A stretch of DNA of 64,000 nucleotides, taken from assembly GCF_044704955.1 (NCBI RefSeq), contig NC_091998.1:63178001-63242000 (forward strand), written 5' to 3'. This document shows positions 1-11,002 of the stretch, in pieces. Position 1 is the first letter of the stretch; every line of letters starts with the position of its first letter. This DNA is from Pristiophorus japonicus. Its lineage: Eukaryota. The notes beneath the pieces are model-generated. The model was not told the origin of the DNA and did no database searches. It was given only the letters and a program-made list of their open reading frames with translations. The position numbers were made by a program, and so were the translations under genes.

Positions 1-1275
1 TACAAGGGTAGATTAATTAAGGAAAGCCGGCATGGATTTGTTGAAGGCAAATCTTGTTTAACTTTAAGTTTTTTGATGAGGTAACAGAGAGGGTTGATGT
101 GGTATATATGGATTTCCAAAGGGCATTTGATAAAGTGCCACACAATAGGCTTGCCAGCAAAGTTAAAGCCCATGGAATAAAAGGGACAGAGGCAGCTGGG
201 ATACGGAATTGGCTCAGTGACAGGAAACAGAGAGTAGTGGTGAACGGTTGTTTTTCAGACTGGAAGAAAGTATACAGTGGTGTTCCCCAGGGGTCGGTAC
301 TCGGAACACTGCTTTTCCTGATATATATTAATGACTTGGACTTGGGTGTACAGGGCACAATTTCAAAATTTGCAGATAACACAAAACTTGGAAGTGTAAT
401 GAAGTGAGGAGGAGAGTGAGGAAGACTTCAGGAGGACAATGATACGCTGGGTGGACTCGTGGCAGATGAAATTTAACGCAGAAAAGTGCAAAGTGATACA
501 TTTTAGTCGGAAGAACGAGGAGAGGCAATATAAACTAAAGGGTACAATTCTAAAGGGGGTTCATGAACAGAGAGACCTGGGGGTATATGTGCTCAAATCA
601 TTGAAGGCGGTAGGGCAGGTTGAGAAAGTGGTAGGGCAGGTTGAGAAAGCTGTTAAAGCAGCATACAGGATCCTGGGCTTCATAAATAGAGGCACAAGAG
701 TACAAAAGCAAGGAAGTTATGAACCTTTATAAAACACTAGCTCAGCCTCAACTGGAGTATTGTGTCCAATTCTGGGCACCACACTTTAGGAAGGATGTGA
801 CGGCCTTAGAGAGGGAGCAGAAAAGATTTACGAGAATGGTTCCAGGGATGAGGGACTTCAGTGACGTGGATAGACTGGAGAAGCTGGGGTTGTTCTCCTT
901 GGAGCAGAGAAGGTTGAGAGGAGATTTGATCGAGGTGTTCAAAATCATGAGGGGTCTGGACAGAGTACATAGAGAGAAACTGTTCCCATTGGCAGAAGGG
1001 CTGAGAACCAGAGGTCACAGATTTAAGGTGATTGGCAGAAGAACCAAAGGCGAACCCGAAGAAAAACTTTAAGCAGCGAGTGGTTAGGATCTGGAAAGCA
1101 CTGTCCGAGAGGGTGGTGGAGGCAGATTGAATCATGGCTTTCAAAAGGGAATTGGATAAGTAGCTGAAGGAAAAAGATTGCAGGGCTACGGGGAAAGGGC
1201 GAGGGAGTGGGACTAGCTGAAGTGCTCTTGCAGAGAGCCAGCACAGATTCAACGGGCTGTAACCATTCTATGATT
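1..1275 (+). mobile_element. CR1 LINE 3' fragment (degenerate RT)
   Basis: [41 protein letters not shown] and RRLRGDLIEVFKI appear across frameshifts; ends in an attctatg-type tail. Confidence 0.92.
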
Positions 1276-1279
1276 CCAG

Positions 1280-1610
1280 ATCATAACTCAGTGTAAAAAA
1301 AAAAGTCCTCATCTTCCAATTATCTTAAATCTATCCAAGTGGCACCGAAGCTGCCTGCCATTGGAACCAGTCACTCTCTATTTACTCTATCAAAACCACT
1401 CGTGATTCTGAACACCTCCATTAAATCTCGCCTTAACCTTTTCTGCTCGAAGAGGAACAAACCCAACTATCCAGTCTCGACACAAAATTGAAGTCCCTCG
1501 TCCCGGGTTACATCCTGGTAAATCTCCTCTGTAAGGCCTTGACATCCTTCCTCAAGTGTGGTGCCCAGAATTGGACAAAATAATCCAGCTGAGGCCTAAC
1601 CAGTGATTTT
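1280..1610 (-). mobile_element. CR1 LINE fragment
   Basis: Reverse-strand similarity to the CR1 at 740-1080 (acatccttcct...gtggtgcccagaattggaca). Confidence 0.7.
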
Positions 1611-2154
1611 TCTCACGGATGAACTTTTGTCACCTAACAGTTTTCACAAAGCAGTTTGCAGGCCATTTAACATGACGATTGGTGCATCTGTTGATTATCT
1701 TCCACCGCCCCTCCCCCGCTCTTCTATTTTTCCAACCTTACTAAAATGCCTGTTTAACCTCTCAGCCTTTAGTTTAAATTTGCTCACCGACCTGCTGTGT
1801 ATTTGTAGTTTATCCCTTTTTGATTTAACTCACTGAGCCAGGGGAGTGGTTGAGCATTAATCCGAAAGTGGAATTCAACGTATGGTATTTCAGGTAACGA
1901 TTAAAAGATTGAAAGCTAATTCATCAGAAAGTTCCTGGCCCCTAGTGATGAAGCAGGATTCTGTAATTTATGGCAATGAGTGATGAAAGCCACAACTGTA
2001 TTATCAACTATGACCAAGTCTATTGAGTCATGGAATCAAGTACCTACTGCTGGGAACTCCTGTTATATATAAACTAAAGCCAGATAATAACCCAGCACAG
2101 TAACAGTTGCGAATGGGTTGTTGGCTAGGGCCAAACGCCAGAATAACCACTACT

Positions 2155-2760
2155 AATCATAGAATCCTACAGCACAGATGGGAGTCATTCAGTCTATCGT
2201 GTCAGCTCTTTGATAGAGCTATCCAATTAGTCCCACTCCCCTGCTCTTTTCCCATACCCATGCAAATTTTTCCTTTTCAGATATATATTATACAGTATAT
2301 ATATATATCCAATTCCTTTTTGAAAGTTATTATTGAATCTGCTTCCACCACCCTTTCAGGCAGTGTGTTCCAGATCATAACAACTCGCTGTGTAAAAGAA
2401 TTCATCCCATGTCGTCTCTGGTTCTTTTGCCAATCACCTTCAATCTGTGGCCTCTCATTATTGACCCTGCTGCCAGTAGGAACGGATTTTCGTTAATTAG
2501 TCTATCAAAACCCAATACAATTTTCAACTCCTCTCTTAAATCTCTGTGCTCTAAGGAGAACAACCCCAGCTTCTCTAGTCCCTCCACATAACCGCAGTCC
2601 CTGGTACCATTCTGGTTAATCTCCACTGCACCCTCTCTAAGGTGTTGACATCCTTCCTAAATTGTGGTGCCCAGAACTGAACACAGTAGTTGGGGATTTA
2701 CAAAAAGGTTTAACATAACTTTCTTGCTTTTGTATCCTATGCCTCTATATATAAATGCTT
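2155..2760 (-). mobile_element. CR1 LINE 3' fragment
   Basis: [15 protein letters not shown]...RGHRLKV, with a catagaatc tail at the left end. Confidence 0.8.
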
Positions 2761-3118
2761 TCTCAGCTTTGTCCTGACACCTCCAAAAATTTGCGAACCC
2801 TTAAATGATGACCAGTGCCGACATAAATCATGGTGCCCCCTTAGATCGGGCAATGATGCACCTGGGGACCAGAGAAGGCAAAAGCTGGGGCGAATAAAAT
2901 TGAGACACGTGCTGAGAAAGCTGCACACCACTTTGAGATATGGATGTGACTTGTCAAAATCTACATGTAGGTCGTGGAGAGACAGAAACATTTCAGGCAA
3001 CCTCGAGTTCACATCTTCAAGGGCTTTGCTCAAAGTGCTGTGCGAAGGTACTCCCCTGTAACAGGACAGTGTTTCTTTGTCACCTCTAAACCGCACGCAC
3101 ACACACACACACAATCAC

Positions 3119-4442
3119 CTTTCTTAAACTCTTCCAGGACTGCGTCCAACTTCGTGTCGTTAAACACAAAATGCAGAGGGTGGTTGTAGAATTTGGTGAT
3201 GGTGTTCAAGGGTGTGCAGTCCTCGGGGTCCACCATGGCCAGATCTTTCACATACACTATATCTACGATGTTGGATCGCTCCTCTTCGTACACTGGGATC
3301 CTGGTGTAGCCACACTGCATAATCTGGGACATGGTGTTGAAATCCAGCACGGCGCCCGCGCTGAGCATGAAGCAGTCCTTCAGGGTGGTCATGATGTCCT
3401 CCACCACTTTAGTCCTCAACGCCCCCCGGCTGAACTCCTCCTTGACAAACTCGCGGTACGGGTCGCTGGACCGCAGCATGTTGAGGATCTTCTCGCGGAC
3501 GTAGCAGGTGCTGACGTCCTGCCGCAGCGCCAGGTCGAGGAACAGGGCGACGGGCAAGGCCAGGGGGAAGGCGGCGACCATGAAGAGGCGGGTCAGCCAG
3601 GTGGTCTTGGAGGCGACGGCGAAGCCGTAGCGCGAGCACACGGCGTAGGGCAGGATCTCGCAGAGCAGGAACAGCAGCGTGGCGCAGACCAGGACGGCGG
3701 GCAGGATGGCATCGAAGGCCAGGTAGAAGAGGACGCCCAGGGCCGAGTTGGCCAAGACGTTGCCCAGCACCAGCGAGCACAGCACCAGGTTGCCCCGCTT
3801 GCGGATGGGCTGCAGCGACTTGGCCCGCCGCTTCTCCCTCTCCGAGCCGCAGTGGTGGATGATGTGCAGCTCCAGCGGGTCGAGCCACAGGACGCTGAGG
3901 TGCAGCAGGTTGAAGAGGGCCGAGCAGGCCAGCAGGGCCACCGCCAGCAGGGCCTGGCCCCACACCGCCGCCGCCTCCTCCTCCTCTTCACCCCTCACCA
4001 CCACCACCACCTCCAGCGGCGTCCGCCAGCCGCCTGGCGCCGTCCAGCCGCCCCCTGCTCCCCGGGCGCACAGGTAATACAGGCCGAGGGCCCGGCCGGC
4101 CTGCACGCTGACCAACACCGAACCCTCCGCCTCGACGCCCGCCCCCGGCTCCGCCCCCGGCTCCGGAACCGGCCGCAGCCAGCCGCTGTCCAGGCTGCGG
4201 TTGTCGCACGCCAGGCCGCTGCTGAAGCCCAGCCAAGGCCAAGCCGCCTGCTCCAGCTCCCGCCCGAACACCCGGAGCTCGAAGCGGGCCCCGGCCTGGG
4301 CTCGGATCACCCCGTCACGCATGTGCACGCCGCCGCCGCCGCCGCCGCTCTCCAGCCGGGCCCCCCGCACCTCGGGCTGCCCGGCCGCTAGGCCCCACAG
4401 GGCGGCCAGCGCCCAGCACAGGCTCCGCGCTGCCGCCGCCAT
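3119..4442 (-). CDS. CNNM3: CNNM3-like metal transporter, coding exon 1 (remaining exons outside the window)
   Basis: aagATGG start, then signal peptide [24 protein letters not shown]21 and CBS. CNNM3-type signatures: shortened DPY..SRGALR linker, [30 protein letters not shown]. Donor AAA G|GTGAT sits at the same codon position as in the paralog. The CNNM4-then-CNNM3 tandem order matches mammals. Confidence 0.9.
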
Positions 4443-4620
4443 CTTGACTTTATCTCTCTCTCTCTCCCCTCCCCCTGTGGGAACACAACCAAACCCGCTG
4501 CCCCCGCCCCCAGGGCCGCTCCACCAATCACATACCGCATCCCCTCCCCGCCCCCCCCCCCCCCAGCCACCGGATTGACAGGCCGTTAGACCAATCATAT
4601 ACCTACTCTCCTCCTCCGCC
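3350..4620. promoter_or_regulatory. CpG island over CNNM3-like exon 1
   Basis: Visibly very GC- and CpG-rich compared with the CpG-depleted flanks. Confidence 0.85.
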
Positions 4621-5085
4621 ACCAATCATATACCTTGCTCTCCGCCCCCCACCCACCACAAGCCATGGGATTGACAGGCCGCTCCACCAATCATATATGT
4701 ACTCACCTCTCCAGCCACGCACGGGATTGACAGGCCGTTCCACCAATCACCAACCTTCTCGCCCCATCACCACAGGATTGATAGGCCGCTCCACCAATCA
4801 TATACCATGCCCTCCGTCCCCCCCCCTACCTGCCACGGGATTAACAGGCCGTTCCACCAATCACCAACCTTCTCTCCCCCCCCCCCATCACCACAGGATT
4901 GACAGGCCGCTCCACCAATCATATACCATGCCCTCGGCCCACCCCCTACCTGCCACAGGATTAACAGGCCACTCCACCAATCACGAACCTCCTCTCCCCC
5001 ATCACCACATGATTGACAGACCGCTCCACCAATCATAAACCTCATCCACCACGCACCCCCCCCCCCAGCCCACCGCCCAATCAGA
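4520..5085 (+). promoter_or_regulatory. CNNM3 promoter tandem array of GATTGACAG-N9-CCAATCA (TALE + NF-Y composite)
   Basis: Eight units begin near 4572, 4668, 4724, 4775, 4838, 4896, 4958 and 5010; the last is a perfect TGATTGACAG. Solo CCAATCA boxes lie at 4524, 4622 and 5077. Confidence 0.75.
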
Positions 5086-5559
5086 GCAGCCAGGCGGGAC
5101 CTGACCCCGTTCCAAGTGCGGTAGAGGGCACTCGGTAAACACTGCAGCTCTTAAAGGGGCAAGGTGTCAATTGTCCAATTGCATTCACAAATTTGTTTTT
5201 GCAAACGTGAGGCGAAGGAAGGAACTTGCATTTATTTATTTAGCGCCTTTCACAACCTCAGGACGTCCCAAAAGCGCTTTGCAGCCAATAAGCCCGAGTG
5301 CATTGCACACAGCAAACATTGCTGGCCAATGGTCAGCCCTGGCTCAATGGCAGCATCCTCAGCTCCTGAGCACAGAATGTCCACACACACAGGCCATTCG
5401 CCACAGCTCGTCCATGCTGCTGTGTATATACCTCCTGTGCTTCACCTTAGATGCAACTATACTATTCATAGCAACAGAAAAACATTTTAAAAATCACCTC
5501 ATCTCCTGTCAGCAAGTTCTACATTCTCACCACTGGGTGAAGTGTCTCCCGAATTGCAC

Positions 5560-5822
5560 CCTCTGCTCAACCATCGGCAGCCATGCCTTCTATTGCCTGG
5601 GCCCCAAGCTCTGGAACTTCCTGCCTAAACCTCTCCGCCTCTCTCTCCTCCTTCAAGACGCTCCTGAAAACCTCCCTCTTTGACCAAGCTTTGAGTCACC
5701 TGCGCTAATTTCTACTTATGCAGCTGGGTGTCAATTTTTTTTATCCCATCGTACTCCTGTGAAGCACCTTGGGATGTTTCACTACGTTAAAGGCGCTATA
5801 TAAATACACGTTGCTGCTGTTG
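5560..5822 (+). mobile_element. L2-type LINE 3' end
   Basis: AFYCLGPKLWNFLP, then the family tail ...actacgttaaaggcgctatataaatacacgttgctgctgttg. Confidence 0.8.
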
Positions 5823-6576
5823 AATTATCGATTGGATTTATTAGTGACTATTTTATATTTATGGCCCCTCATTTTAGACATAAGAACTAGGAACAGGAGT
5901 AGGCCATCTAGCCCCTCGAGCCTGCTCAGCCATTCAAAAAGATCATGGCTGATCTGGCCGTGGACTCAGCTCCACTTACCCGCCCGCTCCCCGTAACCAA
6001 TAAGGGAATTAAGGGTTATAAATCTATCTATCTGTGACTTGAATACATTCAATGAGCCAGCCTCAACTGCTTCCTTGGGCAGAGAATTCCACAGATTCAC
6101 AACCCTCTGGGAGAAAAAATTCCTTCTCAACTCGGTTTTAAATTGGCTCCCCCGTATTTTGAGGCTGTGCCCCCTAGTTCTAGTCTCCCCGACCAGTGGA
6201 AACAACCTCTCTGCCTCTATCTTGTCTATCCCTTTCATTATTTTAAATGTTTCTATTAAATCATCCCTCATCCTTCTGAACTCCGAGTAAAGACCCAGTC
6301 TACTCAATCTATCATAAGGTAACCCTCTCATCTCCGGAATCAGCCTAGTGAATCGTCTCTGTACCCCCTCCAAGGCTAGTACATCCTTCCTTAAGTAAGG
6401 TGACCAAAACTGCACGCAGTACTCCAGGTGCGGCCTCACCAATACCCTGTACAGTTGCAGCAGGACCTCCCTGCTTTTGTACTCCATCCCTCTCGCAATG
6501 AAGGCCAACATTCCATTCGCCTTCCTGATTACCTGCTGCACCTGCAAACTAACTTTTTGGGATTCATGCACAAGGA

Positions 6577-7543
6577 GCCGGCGCCTCACAACTTGAGCCG
6601 CCTCGGGGAAATCCCCTCCGTACCTTTCAGTTCCGCGCGGAGGGGTTTCCTGTACGGGCTGCTCCTGCACACCCTCAACTTTGCCATCCTCGCCGGCCGT
6701 CCGGACACGCCATGGCGTACCATCTTGCCGTCCGGAGGAGGCGGGGGTCCCCGATGGAGGGCACTCTACGCAGGGGTCCTCCCACTATTCATCGGGGACT
6801 TGGCCTGGAGGGTGGTGCACGGAGCAGTGCCGTGCAACAAATTTTTAAGCCGGTTCACGGACTCCCAGGCCGCCTGCAATTTCTGCGGTCTGGAGGAGTC
6901 CGTGTTCCATGTTTTTATTGAATGCACGAGGTTGCAGCCCCTGTTCCACTATTTGAAGGGGCTGCTCCTGAAATTCTGGCTGCACTTCAGTCCCACTCTC
7001 CTGATCTTTGGGCACCCTGTGCGGAGGGGAGCGGGTAGGTCCGAAGGCCTCCTCGTAGGACTGCTCCTGGGCACGGCCAAGGGTGCCATCAGCCGGTCCA
7101 GGCAGCGGGCGGTCGAGGGGGTCGTTCAACCTGACTGCCTGCCTCTCTTCCGCTCTTACATCCGGTCCAGGGTGTCCTTGGAGATGGAGCACGCGGTGTC
7201 CACCGGTACGCTCGCGGCCTTCCGCGAGAGGTGGGCACCGGAGGGACTGGAGTGCATCATCACGCCCGGCAACCAAATTTTAATTTGATTTTACGTTTTA
7301 AAGTTAATTTGTTTTAATTGCCGGTGCTTTTAGTGTCCCCCTTCCCTTTTATAGGGGGCACTGGGGAAAAATTGTGAATTTAGTGCCCAAAAAAAACAAA
7401 AAGAAAAAAAAAGAAAAACAAACAAAAAAAAAACAAAAAAAAAAAGGGGGGAAAAAAAGGGCCTTGTAAATGTCTGGAGTGTCACCCAGGTCGGGTGGCA
7501 CCATTTAATGTTTTATGTTTTGCAGGTGAACTCCAAAAAGAGT
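6577..7543 (+). mobile_element. Tx1-clade non-LTR retrotransposon, 5'-truncated unit 1 (ORF2 C-terminus with zf-RVT CCHC, plus 3' UTR)
   Basis: Open frame to TGA at 7288 containing DLAWRVVHGAV and CNFCGLEESVFHVFIEC (C-x2-C-x7-H-x4-C). Flanked by ttcatgcacaagga at 6563-6576 and 7544-7557. Confidence 0.85.
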
Positions 7544-7557
7544 TTCATGCACAAGGA

Positions 7558-8496
7558 GCCGGCGCCTCACAACTTGAGCCGCCTCGGGGAAATCCCCTCC
7601 GTACCTTTCAGTTCCGCGCGGAGGGGTTTCCTGTACGGGCTGCTCCTGCACACCCTCAACTTTGCCATCCTCGCCGGCCGTCCGGACACGCCATGGCGTA
7701 CCATCTTGCCGTCCGGAGGAGGCGGGGGTCCCCGATGGAGGGCACTCTACGCAGGGGTCCTCCCACTATTCATCGGGGACTTGGCTTGGAGGGTGGTGCA
7801 CGGAGCAGTGCCGTGCAACAAATTTTTAAGCCGGTTCACGGACTCCCAGGCCGCCTGCAATTTCTGCGGTCTGGAAGAGTCCGTGTTCCATGTTTTTATG
7901 GAATGCACAAGGTTGCAGCCCCTGTTTTATTATTTGAAGGGGCTGCTCCTGAAATTCTGGCTGCACTTCAGTCCCACTCTCCTGATCTTTGGGCACCCTG
8001 TGCGGAGGGGAGCGGGTAGGTCCGAAGGCCTCCTCGTAGGACTGCTCCTGGGCACGGCCAAGGGTGCCATCAGCCGGTCCAGGCAGCGGGCGGTCGAGGG
8101 GGTCGTTCAACCTGACTGCCTGCCTCTCTTCCGCTCTTACATCCGGTCCAGGGTGTCCTTGGAGATGGAGCACGCGGTGTCCACCGGTACGCTCGCGGCC
8201 TTCCGCGAGAGGTGGGCACCGGAGGGACTGGAGTGCATCATCACGCCCGGCAACCAAATTTTAATTTGATTTTACGTTTTAAAGTTTAATTTGTTTTAAT
8301 TGCCGGTGCTTTTAGTGTCCCCCTTCCCTTTTATAGGGGGCACTTGGAAAAATGTGATTTTAGCGCCCAAAAAAAAAACCAAAAAAAGAACAAAAGAAGG
8401 AAAAAAAAAAAGGGGCCTTGAAAATGTCTGCTGTGTCACCCAGGCGGGTGGCACGGTTTAATGTTTATGTTTTTTTTCAGGTAAACTCAAAAGAGT
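7558..8496 (+). mobile_element. Tx1-clade retrotransposon, unit 2
   Basis: Near-identical ORF with stop at 8269, the same 5' start (gccggcgcctc) and a more diverged 3' UTR. Ends aaaagagt, followed by the 14-mer at 8497-8510. Confidence 0.85.
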
Positions 8497-9584
8497 TTCA
8501 TGCACAAGGAATCTAAAAGAGTTTCATGCACAAGGAACCCAAGGTCCCTCTGCACCGCAGCATGTTGTAATTTCTCCCCATTCAAATAATATTCCCTTTT
8601 ACTGTTTTTTTCCCCCCCCCACCCCACCCAAGGTGGATGACCTCACATTTTCCGACATTGTATTCCATCTGCCAAACCTTAGCCCACTCGCTTAACCTAT
8701 CTAAATCTCTTTGCAGCCTGTGTCCTCTACACAACCCGCTTTCCCACTAATCTTTGTGCCATCTGCAAATTTTGTTACACTACACTGTCCCGTCTTCCAG
8801 GTCATCTATGTATATTGTAAACAGTTGTGGTCCCAGCACCGATCCCTGTGGCACACCACTAACCACCGATTTCCAACCTGAAAAGGACCCATTTATCCCG
8901 ACTCTCTGCTTTCTGTTAGCCAGCCAATTCTCGATCCATGCTAATACATTTCCTCTGACTCCGCGTACCTTTATCTTCTGCAGTAACCTTTTGTGTGGCA
9001 CCTTATCGAGTGCCTTTTGGAAATCTAAATACACCACATCCATCAGTACACCTCTATCCACCATGCTCATTATATCCTCAAAGAACTCCAGTAAATTAGT
9101 TAAACATGATTTCCCCACAAATGGAAACATCTGTTTGTCTACCTTATCAACCCCATTATAATCTTTAGGATTTCTGTCAGGTCACCCCTCAGCCTTCTCT
9201 TTTCTAGAGAAGAGAGCCCAGCCTGTTTAGTGTTTCCTGATTCCTTCATTGCTGTGTGTGGTAGCTTGCTATTGCTTCCTACCTGACAACGGTGATAATT
9301 GTAAAGTACTTTATTGGCTGTAAAGCACTTTGGATGGCAGGAGAGGCGCTATAGAAATGCAAGCACTCTTTTCCCCAGGACCTCAGCACTACTGCGTGTT
9401 AACTTCATCATAGGCAGTCCCTCGAATCGAGGATGACTTGCTTCCACGTCAAGAAGTTCACAGGTGTTTCAATGAAGGACATAAAATTCCAGGTCCTGAA
9501 CTAAATCTTGACGGGGTGGAAGATGCCCGTGCGTGGATTTTTTTTTATAAACGTGTGGTGACCGTTGCACACCTGCCACCACAT

Positions 9585-9905
9585 CTTCAACAACAACAAC
9601 AATTTGTATTTATATAGCACCTTTAATGTAGTAAACCATCCCAAGGTGCTTCACAGGAGCGTTATCAAACAAATTTGGACACCGAGACACATAATGAGAT
9701 ATTAAGACAGGTGATTAAAAAGCCTGGTCAAAGTGGGAGGTTTTAAGGAGCGTCTTAAAGGAGGAGAGAAGTGGAGAGGTTTAGGGAGGGAATTCCAGAG
9801 CTTGGGGCCAAGACAGGTGAAGGCCAATGGTGGAGCAAAGAAAATCGAGTATGCACAAGAGACCAAACTTAGAGGCATGCAGAGATCTTGGAGGATTGTG
9901 GGACC
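9585..9905 (-). mobile_element. L2-type LINE 3' end
   Basis: (caa)n tail plus ttgtatttatatagcacctttaa, the reverse complement of the family tail. Confidence 0.75.
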
Positions 9906-11002
9906 AGAGATTCATCATTATCATAGGCAGTCACTCGAAATCAAGGAAGACTTGCTTCCACTCTAAAAGTGAGTTCTTTGGTGACTGAATAGTCCAATAC
10001 AGGAATTACTGCCTCTGTCACAGGTGGGACAGACAGTCATTGAAGTCGATTACAGAGATAGGGAGGGGCAAGGCCATATAAGGATTTGAAAACAAGGGTG
10101 AGAATTTTAAAATCGAGTCACTGATGGACTGGGAGCCAATGTCGTTTAGCGAGCACATCATAGCAATCTTTTCCAGCTTTGCGTCATGGCACGAGCCCTC
10201 TGCTCCTGCCCACTCCACCCATCGAGATCATTCATTCCGCAAATACGTTCCAGTCTCCATTTACCTTCCTACTTTCAGAAGCTCGTCAATGCTCTGTTCT
10301 TGGGTCATGTTCGCACCTCCCATCATCACCAGGTTTCCACTTCTCGCATTTGTTCCTCGATGCTCCCTGTGGGTGAGGAACTCTGTAGTAATGGAAGATG
10401 TCATTACACACCCATTTTGCAGTTCTACTGCTTAAAAAGATAATTCATTTATAGGAACAGTCCCTTCTAAAGTTACACTTTTTAAACTCATAAAAGGAAG
10501 GCAAGTACAGAACTAAAGCCTTACTTGTACGTCATATAAGAAAAATGTAGCAGATTTAGAACTGAACCCCCACCCCACACACACACACACATATATATAT
10601 ATATAGTATAATCCCCATCATTGGATTTTGGAAATTATGCATTGTGTGGCTTCAATCCACAGGGAATCTGTAACCAAGGCTCCCTCGCATCCAATTACAT
10701 CATAAACAGAGAGCTCTATGGCAACCACTTGGCTCATAGTTTGTACATTTCAGCAGCTTAAATAAGCATTGGCTCCAGCAGCTTCAACCAAAAGGAAACC
10801 AGCAAAAAAGGACTTAAGCAACAGGGCTCACTGCTGCTTTACCACCTGACGAAAATTGACTTTTCCATCCAGCTCCCTGCCTCCTGCTGTAGCATTTAAA
10901 TAGAAGTGGTGAAGAGAGCAAGCTCGACGTATGCCTTGATGTGTGACGATGAGAGTTGTGCCCTACAAGTGTTCAAAGTGTGCACTGTATCCATGGTGTG
11001 CG

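Larger units (their letters stand above)
5878..9115 (-). mobile_element. CR1 LINE (RT and 3' end) interrupted at 6577-8522 by Tx1-like insertions
   Basis: The sequence on both sides of the insertion is collinear with the uninterrupted sister copy at 11660-12930, where the empty site reads gggattcatgcacaaggacccccaggtccc near 12345-12375. Confidence 0.92.

Noticed and set aside
3171-4391. 406-aa plus-strand ORF and other long ORFs overlapping CNNM3 exon 1
   Set aside because: Antisense or alternate-frame shadows of a GC-rich exon that is poor in stop codons; no recognisable domain.
4443-4625. In-frame N-terminal extension of CNNM3 (upstream ATG at 4598)
   Set aside because: That ATG is the reverse complement of a CCAATCAT promoter box. 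The extension is low-complexity and would bury the signal peptide, while ATG 4442 has the better context.
4560-5040. Repeat-spacer appearance resembling a CRISPR array
   Set aside because: Vertebrate DNA with no cas genes; the spacers are related to one another and the repeats are degenerate. It is a promoter minisatellite.
10150-10390. Purine-rich minus-strand stretch with cag| and |gtaaat sites resembling an extra exon between the genes
   Set aside because: No frame resembles CNNM or any protein I recognise, and CNNM4 is already complete. It would need RNA-seq support.
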